Part shown: one piece after another, positions 26,286 to 38,039 of the stretch | Numbering within the stretch: the stretch's first letter is position 1 | Layout: every line of letters begins with the position of its first letter | Origin: Octopus sinensis | Taxonomy: Eukaryota | Direction of reading: 5' to 3' | NCBI RefSeq assembly: GCF_006345805.1 | Contig: NC_043025.1 | Coordinates: 2,480,001 to 2,544,000, forward strand | DNA: 64,000 nt | Translations under genes and position numbers: made by a program | The notes under the pieces: generated by a model | The model's input: the letters and a program-made list of their open reading frames with translations, nothing else | Told to the model about the DNA's origin: nothing | The model's database searches: none

Positions 26286-28850
26286 AAAGGGCTTAGTAAA
26301 GTAAATTACTTTGCCGCATACTGAACTCATTAGAAATAGCAGCTAAAAACTTTTTTAAGGCTATTTCTAATACTTAAAGAAAATCTCTCTCATATATAGT
26401 GTTTGCTTAATTCAACTCACAAAAGTTTGGGGGTAAGGACATCGAAAAATCAAATGCTAAGGTTATTCGAGAACGTACGTTTCAAGATTAGTCAAAACAA
26501 CATTTCTATCATCGGCTCAGAAATTCCTTGGTTTGGATTTGGAAACACTGAAAATAAGAACATACCCTTTCGAAGATCTGCTCCCAACTAACAGTGCCAA
26601 CAAATTCAAAATAAGCAAGCGAAGAATCTTTGCTCTCCCCTTTCCACCAGCGTGGGTTAAAATCATCAAACACTATGCTTATTTCGGTAAAATCCGAAGC
26701 ATTAATCAGAGGGAGATTAATTATAATTTCAACAATTGAGGGCAAAATTAATTAATTATTAATCAATTTCACCAAGTGTTCAGTATGCAAAGGGACCATT
26801 CAAGGCGAATTCAAATTATTACATTATATAAAAGGGCTTAGTAAAATAAATTACTTTGCCGCATACTGAACTCATTAGAAATAGCAGCTAAAAAACTTTT
26901 TTAAGGCTATTTCTAATACTTAAAGAAATTCTCTCTCATATATAGTGTTTGCTTAATTCAACTCACAAAAGTTTGGGGGTAAGGACATCGAAAAATCAAA
27001 TGCTAAGGTTATTCGAGAACGTACGTTTCAAGATTAGTCAAAACAACATTTCTATCATCGGCTCAGAAATTCCTTGGTTTGGATTTGGAAACACTGAAAA
27101 TAAGAACATACCCTTTCGAAGATCTGCTCCCAACTAACAGTGCCAACAAATTCAAAATAAGCAAGCGAAGAATCTTTGCTCTCCCCTTTCCACCAGCGTG
27201 GGTTAAAATCATCAAACACTATGCTTATTTCGGTAAAATCCGAAGCATTAATCAGAGGGAGATTAATTATAATTTCAACAATTGAGGGCAAAATTAATTA
27301 ATTATTAATCAATTTCACCAAGTGTTCAGTATGCAAAGGGACCATTCAAGGCGAATTCAAATTATTACATTATATAAAAGGGCTTAGTAAAATAAATTAC
27401 TTTGCCGCATACTGAACTCATTAGAAATAGCAGCTAAAAAACTTTTTTAAGGCTATTTCTAATACTTAAAGAAAATCTCTCTCATATATAGTGTTTGCTT
27501 AATTCAACTCACAAAAGTTTGGGGGTAAGGACATCGAAAAATCAAATGCTAAGGTTATTCGAGAACGTACGTTTCAAGATTAGTCAAAACAACATTTCTA
27601 TCATCGGCTCAGAAATTCCTTGGTTTGGATTTGGAAACACTGAAAATAAGAACATACCCTTTCGAAGATCTGCTCCCAACTAACAGTGCCAACAAATTCA
27701 AAATAAGCAAGCGAAGAATCTTTGCTCTCCCCTTTCCACCAGCGTGGGTTAAAATCATCAAACACTATGCTTATTTCGGTAAAATCCGAAGCATTAATCA
27801 GAGGGAGATTAATTATAATTTCAACAATTGAGGGCAAAATTAATTAATTATTAATCAATTTCACCAAGTGTTCAGTATGCAAAGGGACCATTCAAGGCGA
27901 ATTCAAATTATTACATTATATAAAAGGGCTTAGTAAAATAAATTACTTTGCCGCATACTGAACTCATTAGAAATAGCAGCTAAAAAACTTTTTTAAGGCT
28001 ATTTCTAATACTTAAAGAAAATCTCTCTCATATATAGTGTTTGCTTAATTCAACTCACAAAAGTTTGGGGGTAAGGACATCGAAAAATCAAATGCTAAGG
28101 TTATTCGAGAACGTACGTTTCAAGATTAGTCAAAACAACATTTCTATCATCGGCTCAGAAATTCCTTGGTTTGGATTTGGAAACACTGAAAATAAGAACA
28201 TACCCTTTCGAAGATCTGCTCCCAACTAACAGTGCCAACAAATTCAAAATAAGCAAGCGAAGAATCTTTGCTCTCCCCTTTCCACCAGCGTGGGTTAAAA
28301 TCATCAAACACTATGCTTATTTCGGTAAAATCCGAAGCATTAATCAGAGGGAGATTAATTATAATTTCAACAATTGAGGGCAAAATTAATTAATTATTAA
28401 TCAATTTCACCAAGTGTTCAGTATGCAAAGGGACCATTCAAGGCGAATTCAAATTATTACATTATATAAAAGGGCTTAGTAAAATAAATTACTTTGCCGC
28501 ATACTGAACTCATTAGAAATAGCAGCTAAAAAACTTTTTTAAGGCTATTTCTAATACTTAAAGAAAATCTCTCTCATATATAGTGTTTGCTTAATTCAAC
28601 TCACAAAAGTTTGGGGGTAAGGACATCGAAAAATCAAATGCTAAGGTTATTCGAGAACGTACGTTTCAAGATTAGTCAAAACAACATTTCTATCATCGGC
28701 TCAGAAATTCCTTGGTTTGGATTTGGAAACACTGAAAATAAGAACATACCCTTTCGAAGATCTGCTCCCAACTAACAGTGCCAACAAATTCAAAATAAGC
28801 AAGCGAAGAATCTTTGCTCTCCCCTTTCCACCAGCGTGGGTTAAAATCAT
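26279..28850. repeat. Tandem array of a 546-bp unit (4 full + about 0.7), near-identical copies
   Basis: Identical ORFs recur at 26403/26949/27495/28041/28587; starts right after a (TA)n tract. Confidence 0.97.
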
Positions 28851-28907
28851 TCAGTGTTTCCAAATCCAAACCAAGGAATTTCTGAGCCGATGATAGAAAT
28901 GTTGTTT
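28851..28907 (-). repeat. Inverted duplication of 28679-28735 terminating the array
   Basis: tcagtgtttccaaatcc..gaaatgttgttt is the exact reverse complement of an internal unit segment. Confidence 0.92.
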
Positions 28908-28966
28908 CGAAACCGCGACCCTACGACCGCAAGTCCGCTGCCCTAACCACTAGGCCATTGCACCTC

Positions 28967-28970
<4 letters not shown>
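28908..28970 (-). mobile_element. tRNA-like SINE head truncated by the array
   Basis: Minus strand gtggaggtgcaatggcctagtggttagggcagcggac..gcggtttcg; related head at about 32495-32560 (+). Confidence 0.65.
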
Positions 28971-28998
<28 letters not shown>

Positions 28999-29499
28999 TG
29001 TAAAATATATATACGCCGTACATATGACACTGTATATAAGTGTGAATAATTCATGGAATTGCATTTCTGATCATGCGTTAAGTGATAGGGGATTTAAAAT
29101 ACTTACTACCACCACACCCACAACCACTACCACCATTTCTCTTAGCTTCCCTTTTTATCTCTTAAATTCTTACACATTATAACACTGAGGCTTTTCAACC
29201 TCTTGTCAATCCTCTTCATCGCTTGTGTACGTGTACTCCAGCATCGCCCATGCTAGCTTTAAAATTAAGGTATGCTCCGAGTTGGCGTCACCCGGCCACG
29301 AGTGATATTCCTCTTTTAGTCCCCCCCCAGCCTATGAAATATGCGCAACGTTATGAACTCCACAGCCATCTGCGGAGGCCATTCGGGTTACCGTGCGAAG
29401 GCCAAAGGTACTCCCTTGTAGTGTTCTACCACCACCTTTTCCACCACTCCCCCTCTATAACAGAAGTACAGCAGTTCTTCCTCCTGCGGGTCCGAGGTA

Positions 29500-30460
29500 G
29501 TCAATCCTACCATTGGCGGAACAATTCTTACCAAGTGTGTCTACCCACGCCGCCCCGCCAGTGGCACGACCCACACCGATGAGGCTTCATGTCTCCGACT
29601 GTCAGCAATATCCCGTTTCTCCTTTATCCTCTTTTTGCTTCTTGACTGGGGGAGGGTGCATCTCGTCCGTGACCGGAACATGTGCCTCTCCTCCCGCATT
29701 CCCAGAATCCTTCGGTGAGCACCCATTATTACTCACCTTCTTCCTTTTGCGGCTCTTCTTTGAGTCATCCTCTGTCTCTTCGGCCGCCTGCATTCCTTCT
29801 TCTACAGAGGTCTCCGTTAACCGCTCCAGGATTTTGCTTTGCCGTTGAGGACAGTTCTTTTTTATATGGCGAGTCTCCAGGCACCGATTACACTTGGAGG
29901 GGGGCTCCCTCAAGCATCACCGGTTACTTCGACCAGCCAATTCTCAAAAAGTCTGGAAATACCAGACTTTCGGCTGACTTGGTCCAGAGGGTCAAAACAG
30001 CTTTTGACACCTCCCAGTAAGCCGCAGGCAGAATATTTGCATTGAAGAGCTTGGTGCTACTGCCACCCAGACCCCGGCGGATAGTATCTCCTATCCACTC
30101 GGGCTCAGCACCGGGTAGAAAGCCGCAAACCCAAGCCCTCGTCAACTTCTTCCCACAATAAGTGGGAAGAAACAAAATTTCATTGCCTTCCAGGAGCTGG
30201 CACGCAAAATCACAATCCACTTCTGGGAAGTAAAATAGTACCACACGGTTGCATATTTGACCCTCCGAGTGATAAACTTAATAGCTGGCTGAAATTCTGC
30301 CATCTCTCTTTGGATTCTATTTTTTGAAAACGGCAATGGAGTCGAGGATCCTAGAGTAGGTCCTCAAAACCACCGTCTTACTTTCAAGTTCTTTTAATCA
30401 TCTTTTGGGTGGTATAAATTCCCACTCCACCTACTTTCCATTGTTCTTTGCCATGTTTCT
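29500..30460 (-). mobile_element. L1/Tx1-type ORF1 (gag-like) remnant
   Basis: CCHC knuckle CNRCLETRHIKKNC (ORF 29602-29913) with upstream ORF fragments 29924-30336. Confidence 0.6.
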
Positions 30461-31074
30461 TTTTAAAAAAGTCCAAAAAACACTTCATAAAATACAAAAT
30501 AATTAAGGATAAAGAAGGAAGAGAAAAAGTCTAAACAAAAAGGAAGGAGAAAAAATTAACAGTTCAATAAAGAGTCTTTTTTTTAAATAAAAGAGGGTTG
30601 AAGACAGAGCAGCAGTTCAAAGCACAGTAAAGGACACTTGGTACTCCAGGTCAAAATTTTAACGCAAATCATTCCAATTTTCTTCTCATAGGTAATCCTT
30701 AACAGGAACAATATTGTTGAAATCTTTTCTAAAAATTCCCAGAGTTATTCCTGGACAAACACGATTCTCAAACAAAATTTTGCTGCAGGATACGCCCACA
30801 AAACAATAATTTTCACAGTTAAGTGAAAAAATATTCACTCAGCTACAGGTAGACTAGAATCCAGTGAGGACTTCTTGTTTGCAAAAAATAATTGCGGTAG
30901 ACAACAGGCCCCCACTAGACCCCCAAAAAAGTCTTACTGTACAGCTGAGTTTCAAAAATCTTCAATTTAAGACGGCTTCAAAAACACGTCTTTATAGTTT
31001 CAGTATCAAACTCTGATTCGCACATGCTCAATGAGGTAAGCGAGCTACTTACCACAGAGCCACTCCTGCACTCG

Positions 31075-32235
31075 TTCTGGTGATGATTTTCAATTTTTTT
31101 TCACCGCAACGTTTGAAATGATGGCAGGAAGGTCTTTAAAAATTGTTTGAATGTGTTTTCATTTTTTTCAAATCCCCAATCCCAAGCGGTACCGATTTTG
31201 GCCAATGCTTTTGAACGAGGCATTAACAAAAGTTTTAACAGAAAAATTTTGGAAATCGGTGATCACCATTGTGATCCACACATTTTTTCAAACAAAATGT
31301 GAAACCTAATTTGAAAACAATGGCGACATTTTAAAATTTTGTTCATTAACCTCGCATATTCCCATAACGATGTTATTTTCCCAGCAGCTTTTGCATTTTT
31401 TGTCCAACTTTAATGAAAGTCGATGAGTGAGCAAGGCTCATGGCAGTGAGTTGATTTCAGTATATGACGTTGAGAAAAAAAATTGGTAATTGCGCCGGAG
31501 CAGTGGTTTTATAAAATCAATAGACGTTTTGCGTGCAAATACCCATAGGGGTTTTATTTTTGGCCGTAAATTACATATTTTTCATCCGCTTTTAATGAAA
31601 TATGAAGTGTAGGTAAATGATTGGTGGGGGATACGGGACATGTATTTATTTAATTCAAAAGAGCTTGAAAAGGGCATAAATGTACATAAGCATTTCCTTA
31701 CAGACATTCTTAACGATTTTGTAGAAATTTTACACGTGATTACAGTTCATGTCCATTAGTTGATACCAGATGAAGAGTTGACAAAAAATCGATAACTGCG
31801 TTTTAAAATATCAATCGGCTTATTGTATGCAATCACCCATAGGATTAGTATTTTATGCTGTAACTTTTACACAATTCATCCGATTTTGATGAACTTCGAC
31901 TTTTAGGTAAAGTTTAAGGCCTGATTCATGTAGTAGAATTAAAATTAAAATGATGAAAGGCAGAAATCGTCAAAATCATTCACAATAAAATAATGAACTG
32001 ATTTTGAAGAAAATTGAACATTGAGTAAAATTAAGCACTTCGACATATAAAACGTCGGTTATTTATATAACGTATTGAGATTAAAATGTCAATGGAATAT
32101 TTTCATGTAAATGGTCACATGGATTCTATTTTATGACATAACCTTACCACTTTTCTTTAGATTTTACTCAGATTGGACACACTGATCAATTTTGTACCAA
32201 GAATGACATTCAGGGGGGAGAAATAAACAGACATC
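31075..32235. repeat. Second copy of the 19590-20700 interspersed repeat
   Basis: Colinear, moderately diverged similarity. Confidence 0.8.
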
Positions 32236-33189
32236 ACTCTCAATGTGTCGAAGTACACCCAAAAGTACACCCAGACGGTCCAGTATGTAGGAGTATGTCG
32301 AAAGCGTTAAGCGGGTAAAATGGCTGCCGAATCAGATATAACATCTTAATTGGTAACAGTTGGTAGAGGGAATGTAGAAGATTTCGATACAAGGTCAGAG
32401 GTGGGCTTAACTTCTACGCGGAAAACACGAGTAAAGCCGGGTCCAACATCGTGTATATATATATATATATGGAGGCACATGAGCATATATATATGGAGGC
32501 AGAAGTTCTAGTGGTTAGAGCAGCAGACTCGCGCTGGAGGGACCGCGGTTTCGAATTTCAGATTATGCGATGTTTGTTTATGAGCGGAACTCCTCAGCTC
32601 CACCACATTCTCTCACTCTTTCCTCCTACTACTAGCAGCTCACCGGCAGAGGTCCAGTGTCCCGTCCCTTATGAGCCAGGCATGGCTCGAGAATGAACAA
32701 ACAACAATATATATACTATTTATTTATTTAATGGACACAGTACATGACTTTAAGTTCAGTTTCATATGTTGAGGAATATCTCAAACATATGCACCCGGCA
32801 CAAACAACATATCATTACGAACTAAAGAAAAATGAATAAGAGAAGAAACTTTAGAAAACTGAGAATACAGCATATAGAAAATGTAGAAAGTTAAAACAAA
32901 AGAGAATGAAAACACAAAAAATCTAAAAATTAAAAAGTAGAAAATGTGAAAGTGTAATCCTTCTTAGCTCTTAAATTAAAGGGCTGGAAATATAGCAAAA
33001 TGTTAATAAAGAATAGGTAGCGAACTTAGTAGCTTTGCTTGTGTCCTTATGTCGGAAGGAGGCTACGTGATTGGCATACCGATTTTTAAAATTAATATTT
33101 TTATCTAAGTATGTATGTATATATAAGTATGTATGTATGTTTCTATCTGTCTCTCTCGCTCTATCTAAATTATCTATCTATCTATCTAT

Positions 33190-35620
33190 CCGAAGTTTTG
33201 GCGGCGAGGTTGGCCCTCGACCAACACTTCAACGCCAAACACGAAGGGTGTGTTGTCAGAGCTATGATGCGTGGTCTAATGATCGAAGGCGTTAGAGCCG
33301 CGAGAGAAGCCCGGGTGGTAGAGGCGCAACAGGGCAACAATGGCACCATTCAGACTCTGGTAGATGAACGGGGGCGCGAATTGCTGGAGCCAAGAAAATG
33401 TGTGAGGCCTTCCAACAGCATTTTGCCCGACTGTTCGGGACTAGTGGCGGGCAAGAACTTAGGGTGGACTTCGGTACCTACCTACACAGCCTACCACGAT
33501 TCTCGACAAGAGAGGCAGGGCGCTGCGAAGGTGCCATCAGGGCGGCGGAAGTGCAGGACGCGATGGCAGAATGCTCGAGATACAAATCGACGGGTTTGGT
33601 TGGTCTACACCACGAGCTTTACAGTTGTATGCCAGACTTTTTGGAGACGTCTTGGCAGCGGTGTACTGCAACTGCCAGCAAAACTGGAGCATTCCTGGTT
33701 TTGTGATCCGAGGAGCCGTAACACTGCTGAAGAAAGATCTAAACAAGGGGAATGTTATAGATAACTTTAGGCCCATTACTCTGCTGAATGCAGACTTGAA
33801 AATGTTGGCCAATGTGTTAGCCAAGAGGTTGGCGCTTGTCATCGAGAAACTGGTCGACAAGGCGTAAACGTGCGCCGTGCCGGGCCGGAGCATCCATGAC
33901 GACCGCCACCTGATGCGCTACATCATAGACAGGGTAGTTAAGGAATCTGGCACGGGTGGAGCGCAGATCAATTTGGATCAATCGAAAGCTTTCGATAGGG
34001 TAGACCATCGATACTTGGAAGCTGTCCTCAGAGCGGCTGGATTCGGTCCCGTCTTCCGCGGCTGGATAGCCGCTTTGTACACAGGCATCCGTACAGTAAT
34101 TCGTGTAAATGGACTTCTATAGAAACCTTTAGACATTGCACGTTATGTCCGTCAGGGATGCCTCCTCTCGTCGCTTCTGAACGCATTGACTCTCGAGCCA
34201 TTATTACGGAAGCTGCCAACTATGAGGGTCATCCCACGAGAATTGGGATTCGTGACGAGCGTGTCGGCATACGCGGACGACGACACCGTCATAGTGTCTA
34301 GCCACGAGCACATCGAGCATGTCGGCGAGACACTGAAATACTACGTAGCGGTGACAGGAGCAAAAGTCAACCGGGATAAATCAGTGGGCTTGCGACTCGG
34401 CACCTGGAGAAGCAAGCCCATGCAGTCCACCAGCGCCTCCGTCGTGGGACGCTGGACCGACGGTCCGGTCGAGTTTCTCGGGGTCTGGTTTGGGCGAGAC
34501 CTCCAAATGGAGAAAAAGTGGAACGAGATAATGAGCAGGGTGGCCACTCTCGCCCGGCAATGGGCCGAGAGAAACTGTCCCTAAAATGTCGGGCGGAGGT
34601 GGCGAACTCGTACATCGCGTACGTCATCTACTACCGCCTGACCGTCGTGCCTTGTCCCGACCCTACCAGCACCAAACTAGAACGCATTCTCTTTCGCGTC
34701 TTGAGGAAAGGATGCGTCCCGATGGTCAGGCGATCCATTTGCTGTCAACACCCGTTAAAGGGGAGGACTGGCCATGCCTTTTTTATGATGCGCAGACACG
34801 CGCTGAGACTGCGAAATCTCAGGCTCTACGTAGACGACGGTGAACAGGTGTGAACTCATCTCCATGACCGAACTGCAGCCGTGGATCAAAAAGAGGCCGA
34901 GAAGGGGCGAATGGCACCGCGAGTGTCCCGTTGCTGTCAAGCAACTATGCCGTCCCGGGTCGACCATGAGTGACATCAACACAACCAAAGCATTCTATAG
35001 GGGATTAGTGGAGGGGAGGTGCGACGACGAGCTCGGGGCGAACCTGGACGTCGACGAGGAATATCTGACCCGCCTGTTCAGGACGACTTTCGGGCCAGCG
35101 CCCATTCACAGCATCCAGAGATCCTTTACCTGGCAGTGCTACCGAGAAGCGCTACTCCTTCGGGATAAGCTCTACAGACACGGCTCGAGGAACACGGGGC
35201 CGACCTGCCCGAGATGCGGTCAGAATGACGAAACAGTTCTGCACGCACTCGTGCAGTGTCCAAACATTTCCGAACTGTGGGCTTATGTCGAACAACTTCT
35301 GTCACGTGTGGGACGAGTCGGTTAAACAGCCGAGTCTATCGTCAATATTGTCACGCCTCTTTCTTTCAAGCAGAAAGGAAGAGCTATTTTCATCATATGG
35401 CGAAATAATGTATCTGGTGGACGCGTATGAAAGGATTGGAGACAAACACTTTCCTCTCTGGTCAATCTCTCAACATCTTCTTGTATCATCTCTTCAAGTA
35501 TCACTTGAAAAAAAAAGTGAGAGCAGAGAGGCAAGTTTTGTCTAGCGAATGTTTTAAGAAAGATGGGTGAATGTAGCAAGGATGGTACGTATGAATGACG
35601 AAGCATAATCCTATGAAACC
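33190..35620 (+). mobile_element. 5'-truncated L1/Tx1-clade LINE ORF2 (RT + C-terminal zinc finger), frameshifted
   Basis: FRPITLLNADLKMLA, DQSKAFDRVDH, RQGC, AYADD, FLGVWF, CPRCGQNDETVLHALVQC; GC-rich island. Confidence 0.92.
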
Positions 35621-35859
35621 GGAAATTTAAAACAGAGGGTTACTTGAAAACAAATGTGGTAAATAAGAAATTTTTAGGGAAATTAATTATGTGCGCGGGT
35701 TTAAGTGAAATGTTTGAAGTTACTCCTGGCAGTAAATTATGAACTTACATTTATCAGTAATTCCTTCAACAACAACAAACACAAAACACAAAACGTTGCA
35801 AAAGTAAATAAGAAATTTACAGAAGTGTACGGATTGAATTGGAATTTATGAAGTTACAG

Positions 35860-37740
35860 CCTCCGGGAAAATCAGCAGAGAAATAGAAAGATTCCAGCAT
35901 CTCACCTCAACCTTTTCTTACCAACTGTCTTTAATGACTGCATCGGCGAATCCTTTCTTCTCGTTGGTAAGGGTTGCAATGAGTGGGTGCTTCATGTCAT
36001 CTTTCTGCTCAACCCGTTACATTCCAATTGGTTCAAGCAAGCTAATATTAAACCAGCTAATGCCATTTTCAATTAACACAGAATTTATGAAGTGTAGAGT
36101 CTGCATTCAGCCCTCGGTGAGCATAATCTTCCATCATAGAATTCTTGTCAGTATTCCACAGGCGAAGAACATTGGAAGAACTTGAATAGGTGCAGAGGAC
36201 AGCAAACGTAATACGCAACTGAAATGGCATCCGATACGCAGCAGCTTCAAGTATAGTATGCTCCAAACCCTCATCATTTTGGAGGAGACCAACTCATATG
36301 TACGCATCTTTAAATGTTGCATAGATTTCACCTCCTACAGTGCTCACTTCTCAAAGCGCTCAGCACCTGGAACATCCGAAATAGCAATCGTAAATGAAAT
36401 TTTTTTACGTCCTTAGGACTCACTGTGTTCATTCTGCAGCCGATGGTATTGATTTTTCTCCTGAGTGTTCATGGTTTTTGTACGTTCATTAAACACATAA
36501 CGCATAGGAATGTTAGGGTACAAGTACTTCCGTTAATCGTGCTCATTCAGTTTGAACCATGCAGTGAGAGTATTGTCACGATCTCTCTGTTCTTGAGCAG
36601 GTTGCTAAGTGCTACCTCTGTGAAAGCTCAGTCTCCGCTGGTCTTCAAAGTGAACTGCTAAACTGTAGACAGTGTGGGACTAGTCATGCAGCTTGTACGT
36701 AGGCATTCTCCACATGGCTTCAGAAGGTGAAACATATCAACACGCAAAATAATTTCTGATTTAGCCTTGGGGTTGCTGAGTCTGTCCACCTTCTGCAACT
36801 GCATCATTCCTTACTTCAACTGAAGCGCTATCACGACCGTTTTAGACATACTTGCATATATACTTGACATTTTTACAGATGAGCAAACTTCAACGTTGAT
36901 ATGAGCTCGGAATTTCTTTAATAGGTAAGCATAGTATGGAACGACATACCAGTTGTTAAAAGAATGGCATCCAACTTGTGATGTGATCCCTTTATTGTGC
37001 CTCCTGTACTCTGGATATCCATTAATATTTAGTAGTGTCTCATTTCTGTTGTTCTTGGGAAACTTTGTTTTGCGATGAGGGGTTATAAACACCACAAGGT
37101 CCAAGTCTCATGAATTTTTAAATTAAATCATGTAAGACGGGGTCATCATTTGAATCAGAAATTTCTGCTGGTACCATTCTGTCTATATCATCTCTGATCT
37201 TCACTTTGTCTACGAGCATACGGGAGTGTGGAAGTCCTCTCTTTTGAAACTCAATGACACGGACATGAGTTACTCTTACACCAAATACATGTCTGTCCAC
37301 CATATCCTTCAGAAATCCAATGATATATCGGTTTTCAAAAGTCTTATTTCGCTGCAGATTATTTTCTCTCTCATGGCAATTAGGGTTTTCAGGGTGCAGT
37401 TATTTCATTGCTAGGGGAAAAATTGTAGCGCCTTATATATCCCGTTCTTTTGAAATGTATTTCACACTTTCGTAATTGTACATTTTCACTCCTGGCACTT
37501 CCAATCTCTTGTTGTTCAATTAAGTGCATGTTCCCATATAACTCAGCATAAGGATTTACTTGTTGCACATGACACCCATTCTTTGAGAAGAGCTTTGGGA
37601 GTTCTGACTTGCTTCCACTCTGCGATGCATTAATAATATACAACTGACTGTACTGCAGGCGACCATTGACAGTTCGTAGTGTTGTGCTAAGTTTGGCCCT
37701 GAATACGTTCTATATCCTGGTATTGGATATATAATTTAAC
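35860..37740 (-). mobile_element. Decayed autonomous Helitron, Rep (HUH) region
   Basis: VIEFQKRGLPH, GYPEYRR, VVPY..LLKKFRAHINVEVCSS motifs. Confidence 0.9.
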
Positions 37741-38039
37741 GAAGCTATTTACACGACGCAATACGATTACTATTACGTGAGACTCGACGCTCTCTGCCAA
37801 CGGATCATAGGGAAATGCTTACCAATCAATTGTTCACAATCAATTGCTTACGACTAGACAGTTCTCCATGTAATGGAAATGTGTCAGACCACTTTTAGTC
37901 ACTTGGAAGGTTGTCAGAATCTTTCCACAGCATCTCCCCTTTATAGAATTAGTCTCCCCTAAATTCTCCACTTGAGAATTAAAGTCGCTCAGAGTTTTAA
38001 TATCTCTTATGCTTAGGGCTCAATTCTTGTGTTTCCATT

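Noticed and set aside
26279-28850. CRISPR-like array or repeated small genes
   Set aside because: Units are wholly identical with no variable spacers; the short ORFs have no recognisable motifs.
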